Shown here piece by piece: positions 30,431 to 32,000 of a stretch of DNA of 32,000 nucleotides. Origin of the DNA: Candidatus Saccharimonadota bacterium. GTDB taxonomy: Archaea > Nanobdellota > Nanobdellia > Pacearchaeales > GW2011-AR1. The notes beneath the pieces were generated by a model. It saw only the letters and a list, made by a program, of their open reading frames with translations. It searched no databases and was not told the DNA's origin. The DNA is taken from contig JBAZYG010000001.1 of assembly GCA_041659445.1 (NCBI GenBank), positions 60,001-92,000 of the forward strand, read 5' to 3'. Every line of letters begins with the position of its first letter. Positions within the stretch are counted from its first letter, which is position 1. The translations under genes were made by a program, and so were the position numbers.

Positions 30431-30528
30431 TCTTTTTTGAATTAATATTGTTTTAAATACATATGTTCTTACTGAGTTACGATTAAATTATTAACTAATT
30501 TTTTAAACCTATTTATCTTGAATATTTT

Positions 30529-31095
30529 ATGGTAATAAGTAGTAAGGCTTTAAAGGAATTAGAAGATGAAAGAGAAAGAGAAGCTGTTAAAAAAATTGAA
30601 GCAGTTCTTTTTATTTCAGGAAGATTTTTGAATATGCAAGAATTGATTTCATTAAGTGATTTAAATCCTTTAATTATTTCAGAATGTTTAGGAAAATTAA
30701 AAGAAAAATATAATTCTGAAAATTCGGCAATTGAAATTGTTGAACGAAATGGTTTATGGAAAATGGATGTTAAACAAGAATATTCTCAAATAACAAATAA
30801 ACTTGCTACAGGAGAATCTGAATTTAGTAAGGCAGAACAAGAAACTCTTGCGATTATTGCTTACAAACAACCAATAAAGCAATCTGTAATAATTAAAATT
30901 CGAGGAAATAAAGCTTATGATCACATTAAAAAATTTTCAGAGTTGAATTTAATAAAGAAAAAAAGACAAGGGCACACAAATGTTTTAAATTTAAGCGAGG
31001 AATTTTATGAGTATTTTAATGTTGCAGATTCTGGAAATTCTTTAAAAGAAATTGTTGAAGAAAGTGAAGAAAATGAAAGTGGAGAAGAAAATTAA
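30529..31095 (+). CDS. scpB: Segregation and condensation protein B (ScpB)
   Basis: 188 aa. Contains KKIEAVLFISGRFLNMQEL...LSKAEQETLAIIAYKQPIKQSVIIKIRG, which gives two winged-helix repeats. An acidic tail follows. No ScpA or SMC gene is in the window. Confidence 0.85.
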   Translation: MVISSKALKELEDEREREAVKKIEAVLFISGRFLNMQELISLSDLNPLIISECLGKLKEKYNSENSAIEIVERNGLWKMDVKQEYSQITNKLATGESEFSKAEQETLAIIAYKQPIKQSVIIKIRGNKAYDHIKKFSELNLIKKKRQGHTNVLNLSEEFYEYFNVADSGNSLKEIVEESEENESGEEN

Positions 31096-31493
31096 TCTTC
31101 CATTCCAAAATCTAGACTTAATCCATAAAAATCATTTATAGCTGGTTTTCCTATTAATTCTTCTAATTTATCTCTAAAACTTTTTTCTAATTTATTTCCA
31201 ACATAATCCATATCAGAAGAAGTCCATCTATTATTTCCTTCCTCTAGGCTTTCATCAGGATAAATAACATACCTATCAACTTTGTTTTCATTCATTTCTT
31301 TAGTTATCTTTTCAGCCACTTCAAAGAAATTAGAACTTTTTTCATCTCCTGAACAATAGCCTGTAAAAATTGTTTTTTTATTTATTTTTAAAGAATAGGT
31401 AAAAATTCTAAATAAGAAATGAGTAGGATAAAGTTCATCATAATACTTTTTGAAGCCAATTCTTATTGTTGCTCCGTTTTCTATTGAATCCAT
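31092..31493 (-). CDS. Hypothetical protein (133 aa)
   Basis: ATG ORF. Its stop overlaps the ScpB stop within a TTAA. Confidence 0.5.
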   Translation of the reverse strand: MDSIENGATIRIGFKKYYDELYPTHFLFRIFTYSLKINKKTIFTGYCSGDEKSSNFFEVAEKITKEMNENKVDRYVIYPDESLEEGNNRWTSSDMDYVGNKLEKSFRDKLEELIGKPAINDFYGLSLDFGMED

Positions 31494-31603
31494 TTTTCTT
31501 TGGGAGTTTTTTAGTTTATATTATTTATGGTGATTGGATGTTCATTTAGTTTCAATCATAAAAATCTTTAAAAAAGGGATAGTTTTTATGAATAAAGATT
31601 AAA

Positions 31604-32000
31604 ATGGATTTCCTAACAATTGTATTTTTAGTGTATTCGTTCATTGCATTTTATTTTTTATTTTTATTTGTATTAATATGGGTTCAGAATAAAAATAAAA
31701 TTCACGCAGTTCCACCAATTACAAAAAATTATACTTTGAGTATTGTTATTCCTTGTTATAATGAAGAGAAGAACATTGGAAAAACTATAGAAAATTTAAT
31801 TAAAAATGGTTATTCTAATTTGAAAAAGATAATTATAGTTGATGATCAAAGTTTAGATAATTCTTACAAAATAATAAAATCTTATGAAAAAAAATATCCT
31901 GGAATTGTTCAAGCTGTTCAAACTCCAAAAAATACTGGTTGTGCTGCAGGAGCAAAAAATTATGGGGCAAAATTTGTCAAAACTGAATTAATTGGTTTTA
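31604..32000 (+). CDS. Family-2 glycosyltransferase, N-terminal part (runs off the right edge)
   Basis: Not in the track because there is no stop. From the ATG at 31604 it encodes MDFLTIVFLVYSFIAFYFLFLFVLIWV, a TM helix. This is followed by LSIVIPCYNEEKNIGKTIENL...IIIVDDQSLDNS...NTGCAAGAKNYG, the GT-A/GT2 signature. Confidence 0.8.
   Translation, partial: MDFLTIVFLVYSFIAFYFLFLFVLIWVQNKNKIHAVPPITKNYTLSIVIPCYNEEKNIGKTIENLIKNGYSNLKKIIIVDDQSLDNSYKIIKSYEKKYPGIVQAVQTPKNTGCAAGAKNYGAKFVKTELIGF

Noticed and set aside
1-32000. I searched by eye for CRISPR arrays, rRNA genes, IS elements, integrases or transposases, and additional tRNAs (GGTTCRA / TCGAACC-type T-arms).
   Set aside because: No regularly spaced repeats, no long GC-richer non-coding stretches and no recombinase-like ORFs were found. 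Only the two T-arm-containing loci at 510..583 and 18027..18142 were seen.

Overview
Very A+T-rich, extremely gene-dense archaeal chromosome segment. The informational genes are unambiguously archaeal: MCM, TBP, aIF-1A, aIF-2 beta, aRF1, L15e, NAC, Sec61-beta and an intron-containing tRNA. Small genes, tiny spacers and many lineage-specific ORFs suggest a reduced DPANN-type genome, which is inference. I support about 50 protein genes, two of which are below the 60-aa cut-off of the supplied track (a 57-aa Lys-rich protein and Sec61-beta). There is also an edge-truncated nitroreductase-family gene missing from the track, and two tRNAs: Asn-GUU, and Ile-GAU with a 41-nt intron. No rRNA, CRISPR array, transposase or integrase was seen. 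Housekeeping blocks are a translation-factor block (KH/aIF-1A/DUF424/aIF-2 beta), a replication block (RPA32-like OB protein, MCM, DNA ligase), MetRS, ValRS, aRF1, MinD and ScpB. An oxidative-stress cluster holds SOD, a Zn-ribbon protein, a membrane-anchored cupredoxin and rubrerythrin. Items I consider most worth a second look: (1) Three loci where the 3' end of a conserved gene is duplicated as a long direct repeat. Two of these repeat pairs bracket a promoter-plus-small-ORF unit with identical architecture. (2) A bacterial-type outer-membrane beta-barrel-like protein next to a DUF2334-like gene, in an archaeal context. (3) A polytopic membrane protein fused to a Schlafen/AlbA_2 domain, beside an orphan receiver domain. 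(4) MinD preceded by two tandem paralogous helical proteins. (5) A uniform promoter architecture with the TATA box 21-24 nt from the ATG (leaderless), including one box shared symmetrically by two divergent genes. All functional calls rest on motifs I recognised by eye, and no database search was run.
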